This document shows, piece by piece, positions 49,698-58,625 of a stretch of DNA of 64,000 nt (positions are counted from its first letter, which is position 1; every line of letters starts with the position of its first letter). Position numbers and translations under genes: made by a program. The stretch spans positions 26,674 through 90,673 of the forward strand of contig CAZWWE010000004.1 of the NCBI GenBank assembly GCA_964637295.1, given 5' to 3'. Under the pieces are notes generated by a model. It did no database searches. It was not told the origin of the DNA and saw only the letters and a program-made list of their open reading frames with translations. The DNA is from an uncultured Pseudomonadales bacterium (GTDB lineage: Bacteria; Patescibacteriota; Microgenomatia; UBA1400; PJMF01).

Positions 49698-50804
49698 ATG
49701 TCGGGTTCAAATTTATCAGTCGGAATTGTGGGTTTGCCTAACGTTGGCAAATCTACGCTTTTCAATGCTCTGCTTAAAAAACAGGTGGCTTTGGCGGCTA
49801 ATTATCCTTTTGCCACCATTGAACCCAATGTGGGGGTAGTGGAGGTTCCTGATGAACGCTTATTGCAATTGGCCAAAGTGACAGCGGCTAGTGAAAAATT
49901 AACGAGCTTACCACCTCTTAAGTATGCTTTGGTGGAGTTTGTTGACATTGCCGGATTAGTGGCGGGAGCGAGTAAAGGTGAAGGACTTGGTAATAAATTT
50001 TTGGCTAATATTCGTCAAACTGACGCGATTTGTCATGTTTTACGTCATTTTAGTGATCCCAATGTCCTTCGTGAAGGCAGCATCGATCCAGAACAAGACT
50101 TGGCGATTATTCGCACTGAACTGCAACTGGCTGATTTAGAAACTTTACAAAAGCAAAACCAAGCAAAAGGGGCAGTCAGTAAAGCCGAAAAGCTAAGGTG
50201 GGAAACAATTCAAAATTTTTTGGCTCAAATTGAGCGGGGCCAAAGCTTGATTTGTACAAGTGAAACTGAAAAAATAGTGGCCAAAGAATTGTGTCTGTTA
50301 ACTGCTAAGCCAGAAATTTTTGCAATTAATGTGGATGAAAAAGAGCTAGCTAGAACCCAGGAATTGACTCGATTTTTTGCTGAAAAATTACAAGTTGCAG
50401 CAAGTCAAATCGTGATTATTGCTGCCAAAATTGAAAGTGAATTGGCGACTTTAGCGATCGATGATCAAGAGCTTTATATGCAAGAATTGGGTATCAAAGC
50501 CAGTGGCTTAAGCCGTTTGGCGGCAGTAGCCTATCAAACTTTAGGTTTGCAAAGCTTTTTAACCACTGGTGCTATCGAAACCAAAGCCTGGACTATCAAG
50601 AGAGGTGCTACTGCTGTGGAAGCAGCTGGGGTCATTCACACAGATTTTAGTAAGAAATTTATTAGTGCCAAAATTGTAAGCGTTACGGATTTTATCAAAA
50701 TTGGTGGTTGGTCAGCTTGCAAAGAAATGGGCAAGCTGAGACAAGAAGGTCGAGACTATATCATGCAAGATGGCGACGTAGTGGAATTTATGATTGGCAA
50801 ATAA
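49698..50804 (+). CDS. ychF: Redox-regulated ATPase YchF
   Basis: GLPNVGKST, NYPFATIEPN, DIAGLV, DGDV. Confidence 0.97.
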   Translation: MSGSNLSVGIVGLPNVGKSTLFNALLKKQVALAANYPFATIEPNVGVVEVPDERLLQLAKVTAASEKLTSLPPLKYALVEFVDIAGLVAGASKGEGLGNKFLANIRQTDAICHVLRHFSDPNVLREGSIDPEQDLAIIRTELQLADLETLQKQNQAKGAVSKAEKLRWETIQNFLAQIERGQSLICTSETEKIVAKELCLLTAKPEIFAINVDEKELARTQELTRFFAEKLQVAASQIVIIAAKIESELATLAIDDQELYMQELGIKASGLSRLAAVAYQTLGLQSFLTTGAIETKAWTIKRGATAVEAAGVIHTDFSKKFISAKIVSVTDFIKIGGWSACKEMGKLRQEGRDYIMQDGDVVEFMIGK

Positions 50805-50899
50805 GCGCAACTTCTGATATAATCCCTTTTTAGAAGTTGAAATTCGCTTAATTATCCAGAAATTGTGACGGGGTCGCAATTTGCGAATCTTAAAGAAAT

Positions 50900-51244
50900 A
50901 TGAAATTAGCTCAAGAAATTATTAGCAAAGATTACGAACTAACTTATTTAATTCCTGGCGATCTCTTAGATGCCGATGTTTCTCGTTTAAAAAAAGATAT
51001 TGCTGAGCTAATCACTAAGCACCAAGGTAAGGTTGTCAAAGAAAATGATTGGGGTCGCAAACATTTGGCCTACAACATTTCTCAAGGCGGTAAAACCTAT
51101 GAAGAAGCTGTTTACGTCCACATGATTATAAATTTTCCAGTTTTGAACGTACAAAAATTTGATCATACCCTGAGTCTCAATCGTGAAATCTTGCGTCATT
51201 TATTGGTGATCGCCGATGAAATCGATAAGGCTATTGAAGATTAA
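50900..51244 (+). CDS. rpsF: 30S ribosomal protein S6
   Basis: YELTYLI, WGRKHLAYNI, ILRHL. Confidence 0.94.
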   Translation: MKLAQEIISKDYELTYLIPGDLLDADVSRLKKDIAELITKHQGKVVKENDWGRKHLAYNISQGGKTYEEAVYVHMIINFPVLNVQKFDHTLSLNREILRHLLVIADEIDKAIED

Positions 51245-51368
51245 GTTATTTAATTTATGTGTTTGGTTTCTTTTGCGCAAAAATGAATTAGTCACACTTC
51301 TTGTAATTTTGTTAGTGGATAATGAAAAAAGATCAATATAAACATACTCTGATGAGAGAAAGGCAAAA

Positions 51369-51833
51369 ATGTCAGTTCGTTCTTTAAATAAAGTGATGTT
51401 GATTGGAAATCTCACCCGAGATCCAAACTTGCGTTATACTCCCAATAGCACAGCTGTGGCCTCATTTGGGATTGCTACTAATCGTTCTTGGACGCCAGCT
51501 GATGGAGGTGACAAGCAAGAGAGAGTAGATTTTCACAATGTTGTTGCTTGGTCTAAATTAGCAGAAATTTGTGGCCAATTACTGCACAAAGGTGATAAAG
51601 TTTTTGTCGAAGGTCGTATTCAAACCAGAGATTGGAAAACTGAGAGTGGTGAAATGAGGAAAGTCACCGAAATTGTGATTGATAACATGATGCTCTTGAG
51701 CAATAGAGGTGGCAAATTTGCTGGTGGAGAAGAAGATGAAACCGGTTTGCCGGAAGAGAAAGCTACGGAAGAAACCGAAGTAATGGCAGAAGCCGCCGAA
51801 GTAGAGGACGTCTCCGATGACATTCCTTTTTAA
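51369..51833 (+). CDS. ssb: Single-stranded DNA-binding protein
   Basis: NKVMLIGNLTRDP, DDIPF tail. Confidence 0.98.
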   Translation: MSVRSLNKVMLIGNLTRDPNLRYTPNSTAVASFGIATNRSWTPADGGDKQERVDFHNVVAWSKLAEICGQLLHKGDKVFVEGRIQTRDWKTESGEMRKVTEIVIDNMMLLSNRGGKFAGGEEDETGLPEEKATEETEVMAEAAEVEDVSDDIPF

Positions 51834-51878
51834 GAATTATGAAGTTAAATAAAAATATAAAAGTATTAAGGAAGAAAA

Positions 51879-52058
51879 ATGAAGACTTATACCTTTAGCT
51901 ACAAAAAAGCCGAAGAACTCAAAAGATTTGTGACTGCTCAGGGAGCGATTTTACCTCGAGCTAAAACAGGTTTAAGCGCCAAATTACAAAAAAAATTGGC
52001 CAGAGAAGTCAAAAGAGCCAGACATTTAGCCCTTTTACCTTTCACTCAGACTGTTTAA
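51879..52058 (+). CDS. rpsR: 30S ribosomal protein S18 (absent from ORF track, 59 aa)
   Basis: [59 protein letters not shown] after rpsF-ssb. Confidence 0.95.
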   Translation: MKTYTFSYKKAEELKRFVTAQGAILPRAKTGLSAKLQKKLAREVKRARHLALLPFTQTV

Positions 52059-52110
52059 TTAATTTTACTTGTGATTTTTTTAGAGAGCTAGCTTACAATG
52101 GTCTTTCTGT

Positions 52111-53385
52111 ATGAAAAAAAGATCGACTGTTATTTTTGCCTTAATGCGCCAAATCATTTTAACTTGCCTGATTTTAATTTTGGGCATGATTTTGGGTTTA
52201 CGTTATGCCAGTCAAGGTTCTTTATTTGGCCAGCAAATTGCTTTTTTTGACAACTTCAATAAACAAAATTCTCAACTTAATTTAGCAAATTTAATGAATA
52301 GCTCTAAGCAGAAAGCGCCACTTTCCATGGATACTTTTTGGGAAGTTTGGCAAATCTTAGAGAGGGATTATTTAGAATCTGCCAAAATTGATCGTAGTAA
52401 AATGATGGACGGAGCGATTTCTGGCATGGTTTGGGGTTTGAACGATCCTTATACTATGTATTTACCTCCAGAGGATAATTCGAAGGCAGAAGAAGATCTG
52501 GCTGGGAGTTTCTATGGAGTAGGCATTGAGTTGACTTATATCGATGGAGTAGTGGGCATTATTGCTCCCTTAAGTGGTGGACCGGGAGAAAAAGCTGGCC
52601 TTCTAGCTGGTGATATGATTATCCATGTCAAAGATGAGGCGAGTGGTTTAGATGAAGACACCACCAATTGGACGCTTGATGAAGCAGTCAAAAAAATTCG
52701 CGGGCCCAAAGGCAGTGTGGTCACTTTAAGCATTTATCGAAAAAGCGACAACAGCAATCATGACATGCAAATTACCAGAGAAGAAATTATTGTTGAAAGT
52801 GTTACTTTGAAATTTATTGAAAATAATGGCAAAAAATTTGCTCATTTGAAACTTGCCAAGTTTGGAGAAAGAACTTTGGATGAGTGGGAAAGAGCAATCA
52901 AGGAAATTTTACAACAAAAAAATCAATTATCTGGTTTAATTTTAGATTTACGCAATAACCCAGGCGGATTTTTTGATGTTTCCATTGATGTCGCCAGTGA
53001 TTTTGTCAAAACTGGAGTAGTGGTGAGTCAAAAATCTAAGTACAACACTAAAAATTACAATAGTACTGGCAAAGGACGTTTGATCGGTATTCCCACAGTG
53101 GTTTTAGTGAATAAAGGCAGTGCTTCTGCTTCAGAAATTGTGGCCGGAGCCTTACGCGATGATGCACAAATTAAATTGATCGGTGAACAAACTTTTGGCA
53201 AGGGGACTGTGCAAGATCGCCGAGAACTTAGTAATGGAGGTGGCCTACACATCACCGTAGGTCGTTGGTTGACGCCCAATGGCAACTGGATTCATGATGA
53301 TGGTCTCAAAGTGGATGTGGAAGTGGTGCAAAATTATGAAACCACTGAAGACGAAGTATTAGATCAGGCAATCAAACAGTTTTAA
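52111..53385 (+). CDS. S41 family carboxy-terminal protease
   Basis: PDZ, DLRNNPGG, SASASEI, TFGKG. Confidence 0.95.
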   Translation: MKKRSTVIFALMRQIILTCLILILGMILGLRYASQGSLFGQQIAFFDNFNKQNSQLNLANLMNSSKQKAPLSMDTFWEVWQILERDYLESAKIDRSKMMDGAISGMVWGLNDPYTMYLPPEDNSKAEEDLAGSFYGVGIELTYIDGVVGIIAPLSGGPGEKAGLLAGDMIIHVKDEASGLDEDTTNWTLDEAVKKIRGPKGSVVTLSIYRKSDNSNHDMQITREEIIVESVTLKFIENNGKKFAHLKLAKFGERTLDEWERAIKEILQQKNQLSGLILDLRNNPGGFFDVSIDVASDFVKTGVVVSQKSKYNTKNYNSTGKGRLIGIPTVVLVNKGSASASEIVAGALRDDAQIKLIGEQTFGKGTVQDRRELSNGGGLHITVGRWLTPNGNWIHDDGLKVDVEVVQNYETTEDEVLDQAIKQF

Positions 53386-53396
53386 TTTTTGGTGGA

Positions 53397-54413
53397 TTAA
53401 TCTTCTTTGGGTAAATTAGGCAAATTGGGTAAATTTTCTTCAAGAAGTTTTTTTGTGCTAGCAAGTAGCTCGTCTAGATTACCTTCCAAAATACTTTCCA
53501 AGTTATGCCAAGATTGATGAATACGATGGTCAGTGACGCGACTCTGTGGATAATTATAGGTTTTAATTTTTTCGGCACGCATGTTTCTGCCGATATTACT
53601 TCTAGCCTCACCAATTTCAGCATTCTTTTTATCTTCTTCAATTTGCCATAATTGCGCACGCAGTAGTTCCAAGGCGATCTGACGGTTTTGAGCCTGTTTT
53701 CTTTCTGTGCGAGCATTTACCACTAAGCCACTGGGTTTGTGGACTAAGCGTACGGCAGAATTGGTTTTGTTGACTGATTGTCCGCCAGCACCACCAGCTC
53801 GCATAAAAGACCATTCCAAATCTTCTTCTCTAATGTCGATGCCCGCCGCAGTGATTTCAGGTAAAACTGCCACGGAAGCCGTGGAAGTGTGAATACGACC
53901 CGCTGCTTCGGTTACTGGCACTCGTTGCACGCGATGCACCCCAGAATCATAACGGAATAGAGGATAAGCTTGTAAAAATTCAGTCGCACCAGTTTTATAA
54001 ATTTTACCTTCTTCATCTAAGTCAACGATGGGCAACTCTACTTTGCCTCTCACTTTAAAAACTAAGTCATCAATCAACTCAATTTTTAAGCCTTTGCTTT
54101 CGGCATAACGGGTGTACATGCGCATCAGGTCATTGGCCCAGATTTTGGCCTCATCACCGCCCGCACCACCCCGAATTTCGATAATAGCATTGGCCTTATT
54201 AACGTCCTCAGATGCTTCTCGGTTCATTTTGTTTTGTCCAGAAAGAAAATCTGCCGCTGCCAATTCTAGGGCTTTTTTTTCTTCTTGCAAACGATTTAGC
54301 TCTTCTGCTGCTAGCTCGCGCATTTCTACATCGTTTAATAAGACTTGATTTTCTAAAATGAGTGCTTCAAGTTGATCAATTTGAGCTTGATAAGGATTAA
54401 GATTTGTTTCCAT
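53397..54413 (-). CDS. prfA: Peptide chain release factor 1
   Basis: PVT motif, GAGGQ, RIHTSTA. Confidence 0.94.
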   Translation of the reverse strand: METNLNPYQAQIDQLEALILENQVLLNDVEMRELAAEELNRLQEEKKALELAAADFLSGQNKMNREASEDVNKANAIIEIRGGAGGDEAKIWANDLMRMYTRYAESKGLKIELIDDLVFKVRGKVELPIVDLDEEGKIYKTGATEFLQAYPLFRYDSGVHRVQRVPVTEAAGRIHTSTASVAVLPEITAAGIDIREEDLEWSFMRAGGAGGQSVNKTNSAVRLVHKPSGLVVNARTERKQAQNRQIALELLRAQLWQIEEDKKNAEIGEARSNIGRNMRAEKIKTYNYPQSRVTDHRIHQSWHNLESILEGNLDELLASTKKLLEENLPNLPNLPKED

Positions 54414-54452
54414 GTAAATTGTTTCTTTTTTTATCTGTTTATAATAATACAA

Positions 54453-54475
54453 CAAAAACAGCTCTTAAGCTGTTT
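54453..54475 (-). terminator. Terminator after rpmE
   Basis: aaacagct-taag-agctgttttt on minus strand. Confidence 0.6.
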
Positions 54476-54497
54476 ATTTTAAATCGAGAAGGGGAAA

Positions 54498-54845
54498 CTA
54501 ATTTTCAGCAGTAACTTGAGCTTGTTTTTGTGCTTTAAGTTCGGCTTGTTGCTCAACAAGAATTTGCTTGTAAGATTTAACTTCAGTTTTTTCTTTAACT
54601 GCTTTTTTAGCTTTAGTAGCTGCATTGGCTGCCGCAGCTTGGGCTGCCTGCATTTTTTTCTGGAACTTATCTACGCGACCTTGACGATCAACAAATCTCA
54701 TTTCACCAGTAAAGAATGGATGACAAGCATTGCAAATATCAATTTGGACGTTTTCTTTAATGCCTCCAGTGACGAAAGAATTGCCGCAACTGCAGGTCAC
54801 TACGCAATCATGTCGCCAGTTGCTAGGATGTATGCCTTGTTTCAT
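54498..54845 (-). CDS. rpmE: 50S ribosomal protein L31
   Basis: MKQGIHP, CSCG, CNACHPFFTG. Confidence 0.96.
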   Translation of the reverse strand: MKQGIHPSNWRHDCVVTCSCGNSFVTGGIKENVQIDICNACHPFFTGEMRFVDRQGRVDKFQKKMQAAQAAAANAATKAKKAVKEKTEVKSYKQILVEQQAELKAQKQAQVTAEN

Positions 54846-54870
54846 AAGAGGTGATTATTATAACATAAAA

Positions 54871-56136
54871 TTAACAAAGAGAAGAGGAAAAACCTTGTAA
54901 GCTTTTTTTAATTGTCTCAAGGTCCAAGAGTTTTTGTTCTCCAGATTGCATATTCTTGAACGTGAATTTATTTTCTTGAATTTCATTTTCACCCACTACA
55001 ATCACAAAAGGAATTTGTTTTTGCTCTGCAACTTTGAATTGTTTGCCAACTGAGTCAAGAGCGGGAAAGAGCTCTGTTTTTATTTTGGCAAAGCGCAAAT
55101 TTTGAGCAATTTCTAGGGCTTTGTTTTGGCAATTATCTTCTGCAAAAAAACTGATCATGACCATAGTGCCCATTTTTTCATCTGGAATAAGCCCAAATAG
55201 TTCACAGGCTTCGACAATCCGGTCAAAACCTAATCCAACGCCCACCGCAGGCATTTTATAGCCCGACAAATCTTCAATTAGCTTGTCATAGCGACCACCG
55301 CCACCTAAAGAAGAATTGCTAAATTCTGGAACCTTAATTTCAAAAATCAAGCCGGTGTAATAATCTAAGCCGCGAGCCAATTTTGGGTTGAAGCTTAGGG
55401 TTTTTTGATTAACTCCTAGTGCCAAAGTTTTTTGTACAATTTCATTCAAATTATCTGATACAGCAATCTTATCAAGTTTGTCTAAAATGGCCTCAGCATT
55501 TTGGCGGCTAAGACCTTTGTCGACTAGCTCTTCGATAACGGTTTCGGTACTTTGCTTGTCTAATTTATCGATACTTTGGATAATCGAAAAAACATCTACT
55601 TTTTTATTGACGAATTCACTGAGACTATCCATCAGCAGTTGGCGATCGTTGAATTCAATCACAACATTTTTTAAGCCGAGATTTTTGAAAACAGCATCGA
55701 CGGTGGCTAACAGTTCCGCATCGGCCAAAACACTTTGGCTACCAAAAATATCGCAATCACATTGAGTAAATTCGCGATAGCGACCTTTTTGTGGTTTGTC
55801 GGCGCGAAAAACATTCTGGATTTGATAGCGACGAAAATATTTGGGCAGTTCATTTTGATATTGACTTAACACCCGAGCAGTTGGCACAGTCTGATCGTAG
55901 CGCAGACCCACTTGGCGCTCGCCACGATCCTCGAAAGTGTAAACCAATTTATCTGCCTCTTCACCATATTTACCTAGTAAAAGACTGGCATACTCCAGAG
56001 TAGGAGTTTGCAATGGTGCAAAGCCATAAATTTCAAAAGTTTCTCTAATTTTGTCACTAACATATTGTCGACTGCGAGCTGCAGCAGGCAAAAAATCGCG
56101 AAAGCCTTTAAGTGTTTGTAAATTTTGTTTGTTCAT
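54871..56136 (-). CDS. hisS: Histidine--tRNA ligase
   Basis: LRYDQTVP, RYREFTQ, RGLDYYTG, GGGRYD. Confidence 0.98.
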   Translation of the reverse strand: MNKQNLQTLKGFRDFLPAAARSRQYVSDKIRETFEIYGFAPLQTPTLEYASLLLGKYGEEADKLVYTFEDRGERQVGLRYDQTVPTARVLSQYQNELPKYFRRYQIQNVFRADKPQKGRYREFTQCDCDIFGSQSVLADAELLATVDAVFKNLGLKNVVIEFNDRQLLMDSLSEFVNKKVDVFSIIQSIDKLDKQSTETVIEELVDKGLSRQNAEAILDKLDKIAVSDNLNEIVQKTLALGVNQKTLSFNPKLARGLDYYTGLIFEIKVPEFSNSSLGGGGRYDKLIEDLSGYKMPAVGVGLGFDRIVEACELFGLIPDEKMGTMVMISFFAEDNCQNKALEIAQNLRFAKIKTELFPALDSVGKQFKVAEQKQIPFVIVVGENEIQENKFTFKNMQSGEQKLLDLETIKKSLQGFSSSLC

Positions 56137-56153
56137 AATTCCTTTATATCTCG

Positions 56154-56325
56154 ATAGATGTTTTGTATCTTAACTTTAATCCGTTGAAGGAGCTGATTAA
56201 ACCATCATAATTCATTCTTATGTTTTTTAACAGCGAACTTCATCGAGTAAGAAGAAGATTGTTAACTTGGGAAAGTAAACAATTTTAGTCAAACGTGATT
56301 AAAGTTAAAGTACAAACATATCTAT
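56154..56325. repeat. Hairpin repeat family B, copy 2 (172 nt)
   Basis: Imperfect ~28-bp terminal IR; core blocks shared with 38520-38684. Confidence 0.8.
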
Positions 56326-56329
56326 AATT

Positions 56330-56351
56330 AAAAAATCCCCTCGTGGGGGAT
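56330..56351 (-). terminator. Attenuator terminator of hisS leader
   Basis: ATCCCC-CACGA-GGGGAT-TTTTT. Confidence 0.85.
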
Positions 56352-56383
56352 CTCTTCTTAGACAATGCAAAAATCATCCCCAT

Positions 56384-56437
56384 TTAAAGAGAGAGGTGGT
56401 GATGAAAAGCTGAGACTTTTGCATTTTCTTTTTGCAT
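56384..56437 (-). CDS. hisS leader peptide MQKENAKVSAFHHHLSL
   Basis: 17-codon ORF with CAT CAC CAC between the promoter and terminator upstream of hisS. Confidence 0.85.
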   Translation of the reverse strand: MQKENAKVSAFHHHLSL

Positions 56438-56445
56438 TGTTAATT

Positions 56446-56474
56446 ATTATAGGGCATTAGAGACTTTTGGTCAA
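56446..56474 (-). promoter_or_regulatory. Sigma70 promoter of hisS leader
   Basis: TTGACC-17-TATAAT ending 8 nt before the leader ATG. Confidence 0.85.
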
Positions 56475-56531
56475 ATTTATAAGAGAAAAAGGACAGAGGG
56501 TGTTATACTATCTTGTGAAAATTTAACAAAA

Positions 56532-56605
56532 GGGCCGATAGCTCAGTTGGCTAGAGCGCTGCATTCGCATTGCAGAGGTCAGGGATTCGATTTCCCTTCG
56601 GTCCA
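56532..56605 (+). tRNA. tRNA-Ala(CGC)
   Basis: G3:U70 pair, ctgca-tt CGC at-tgcag. Confidence 0.95.
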
Positions 56606-56634
56606 CTTTTCTAGAACCAGTTTAATGAAGATGT

Positions 56635-57336
56635 TTATTTTTCAAAATTACTCAAAGCTTTGATGGTGCTAATAACGTAATTGCCATTTTGATCGGCGAA
56701 GGCGACAATTAAACATTGTAAATCTTGATAAAAATCGCTTAATTTAACTTCTTCGCCACGGTAATCTTGAAAACTAGTAGTTTTGCTAAAAGAAAAACGT
56801 TGTGGCGTTTCACCGTTGCGTGGCATCAATTGCAAGTCGTTTTTACCTAGTTCAGCAATAGAGCCAATACTAATGATTTTATTTTTTGGGGTGAAATCTT
56901 TTTCGTAAACTATGATTTTTTTGATTTTTAGATTATCTTCGACAAGCTCACTATAAACTCCCACCCAATTATCAATCACGATTTCGTCGATTTTAATATC
57001 CTTACCTTTTTTTTGAATAATTACGTCTTCATTGAGTGGCACAATTTTACTGCCCGCATAGTTATTGACAGTCAAAGTTTCTTGACTGACGCGAGTCACC
57101 TTGGCTAGATAAGCTCTTTGTGCGCGAACATTTGCGCCCACTGTGCCGAGCTCAGTTTTTTTCTCCTGAATGACTTTTTTGATATTATCAATGGTGCTAG
57201 TTGCCTCATTTTCTTGAGTTTCAGCACTGCTAGTCGAACTATTATTAGCAAAAACAATTCTTGCTGACCAGACAAATAAAACAAAAATCATTGCTAACAA
57301 TAATGCTTTAGATTTAATTTTCTTTTGTTGCTTCAT
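56635..57336 (-). CDS. Hypothetical exported protein
   Basis: N-terminal TM/signal; two beta-rich repeats. Confidence 0.75.
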   Translation of the reverse strand: MKQQKKIKSKALLLAMIFVLFVWSARIVFANNSSTSSAETQENEATSTIDNIKKVIQEKKTELGTVGANVRAQRAYLAKVTRVSQETLTVNNYAGSKIVPLNEDVIIQKKGKDIKIDEIVIDNWVGVYSELVEDNLKIKKIIVYEKDFTPKNKIISIGSIAELGKNDLQLMPRNGETPQRFSFSKTTSFQDYRGEEVKLSDFYQDLQCLIVAFADQNGNYVISTIKALSNFEK

Positions 57337-57748
57337 AAACTACGGTTCTTTGTTTACTGATTTGTTTGCCATCTTCATCAAGACTAATAATCTCGATTAA
57401 ATTGCCACCAAGCTCAAGTTTAACTTTCACCGAAAAATTACCAGCTTGATCAGTACTGCTAATTGTTTCTGCATCATTAACTAAAATCACCACAAAACTA
57501 TTTGGGTTGGCGCTACCAGAAACAATGAGCTCTTCTTCGCTAGTTAATAATTCTTCTTCTGGACTATTGATTACTAATTGAGGATCTTGCAGAGTGGCAG
57601 ACTCTGTACTTGTGGGACTATTAATTAATTGATCGGTGTCACTATTTTGGCCAGTCTTAGAATTTTCTCGATTTTGATAAATTCCAAAAGTGATCATCAG
57701 TCCAAGAGTAATGCCGATAAAAACTGCTAAAAGAATTTCTTTGCGCAT
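57314..57748 (-). CDS. Membrane-anchored Ig-like protein
   Basis: TM, then VSGSANP..GNFSVKVKL.GGNLIEI. Confidence 0.75.
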   Translation of the reverse strand: MRKEILLAVFIGITLGLMITFGIYQNRENSKTGQNSDTDQLINSPTSTESATLQDPQLVINSPEEELLTSEEELIVSGSANPNSFVVILVNDAETISSTDQAGNFSVKVKLELGGNLIEIISLDEDGKQISKQRTVVYEATKEN

Positions 57749-57931
57749 AATATTTACGCTTAAGCCTCGTGCTTAAGAGAAAGTATCTTAAGCTAATTAT
57801 ACACAAAAGTAAAGTTTTAGGATAAGTTTTGACAGTTAAAATTCCTATGCTAGACTAAAAGCAAGCTTTGCGGAGAGGTTTATTTTAAAGCGTGAAACTT
57901 GCTTTTTAGTAAAAAAGGGAAAATTGAATTT

Positions 57932-58588
57932 ATGCAAATTACTTATCATGGTCATTCTTGCTTTAAGCTTAAAGGCGAATTGGGCAGTGTTGTTACAGAT
58001 CCATTTGATGAAAAATCAGTGGGTATTTCGCTGCCTCGTTTGAATGCCGAAATAGTTACTATTTCTCACAATCATGCTGATCACAATGCCAGTAACAAAG
58101 TTAAAGGCACCAGTAAAAGGGAGAAACCTTTTATCATAGATTTTCCTGGAGAATATGAGGTAGGTGGCGTTTCGGTTTTTGGCATTAAAACTTTTCATGA
58201 TCAAGTGGGCGGGGCAGAAAAAGGCAACAACATCGTTTTTAAAATTTTAATTGATGGTTTGACCGTTTGTCATTTGGGTGATCTTGCTCATCAGTTGGAT
58301 GAACAGCAATTAGACGCCATTGGTATGGTTGATGTTTTGTTTTTACCGGTAGGTGGGCCGTTTTCTTTGATGAATGATGAAGCAATCAAAGTTGCTAACG
58401 CCATCAGTCCGAGTATTTTAATTCCTATGCATTACAGTGATGCCGCTTATCCAAGTGATACACAACTAAAGCCCCTAGATCAGTTTTTACAAAGTTTTGG
58501 TGCCTCTGTTGAGCCCGAAGACAAGCTAATCGTGGAAAAAGAGCGTTTGCCTGAAGAAATGCAATTGGTGGTTTTACGCCGTAGTTAA
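57932..58588 (+). CDS. MBL-fold metallo-hydrolase
   Basis: GHSCF, DPF, SHNHADH, HLGD, PMHY. Confidence 0.92.
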   Translation: MQITYHGHSCFKLKGELGSVVTDPFDEKSVGISLPRLNAEIVTISHNHADHNASNKVKGTSKREKPFIIDFPGEYEVGGVSVFGIKTFHDQVGGAEKGNNIVFKILIDGLTVCHLGDLAHQLDEQQLDAIGMVDVLFLPVGGPFSLMNDEAIKVANAISPSILIPMHYSDAAYPSDTQLKPLDQFLQSFGASVEPEDKLIVEKERLPEEMQLVVLRRS

Positions 58589-58625
58589 AAATAAAATAAA
58601 TTGAAAACAGAGAATAAAAAGTTAT

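Noticed and set aside
51343-51360. CTGATGAGAGAAA hammerhead-like core before ssb
   Set aside because: No supporting stems; it overlaps the ssb ribosome-binding site
56140-56440. T-box riboswitch upstream of hisS
   Set aside because: No GGTGGnACCGCG T-box or specifier stem; the leader-peptide attenuator explains the region
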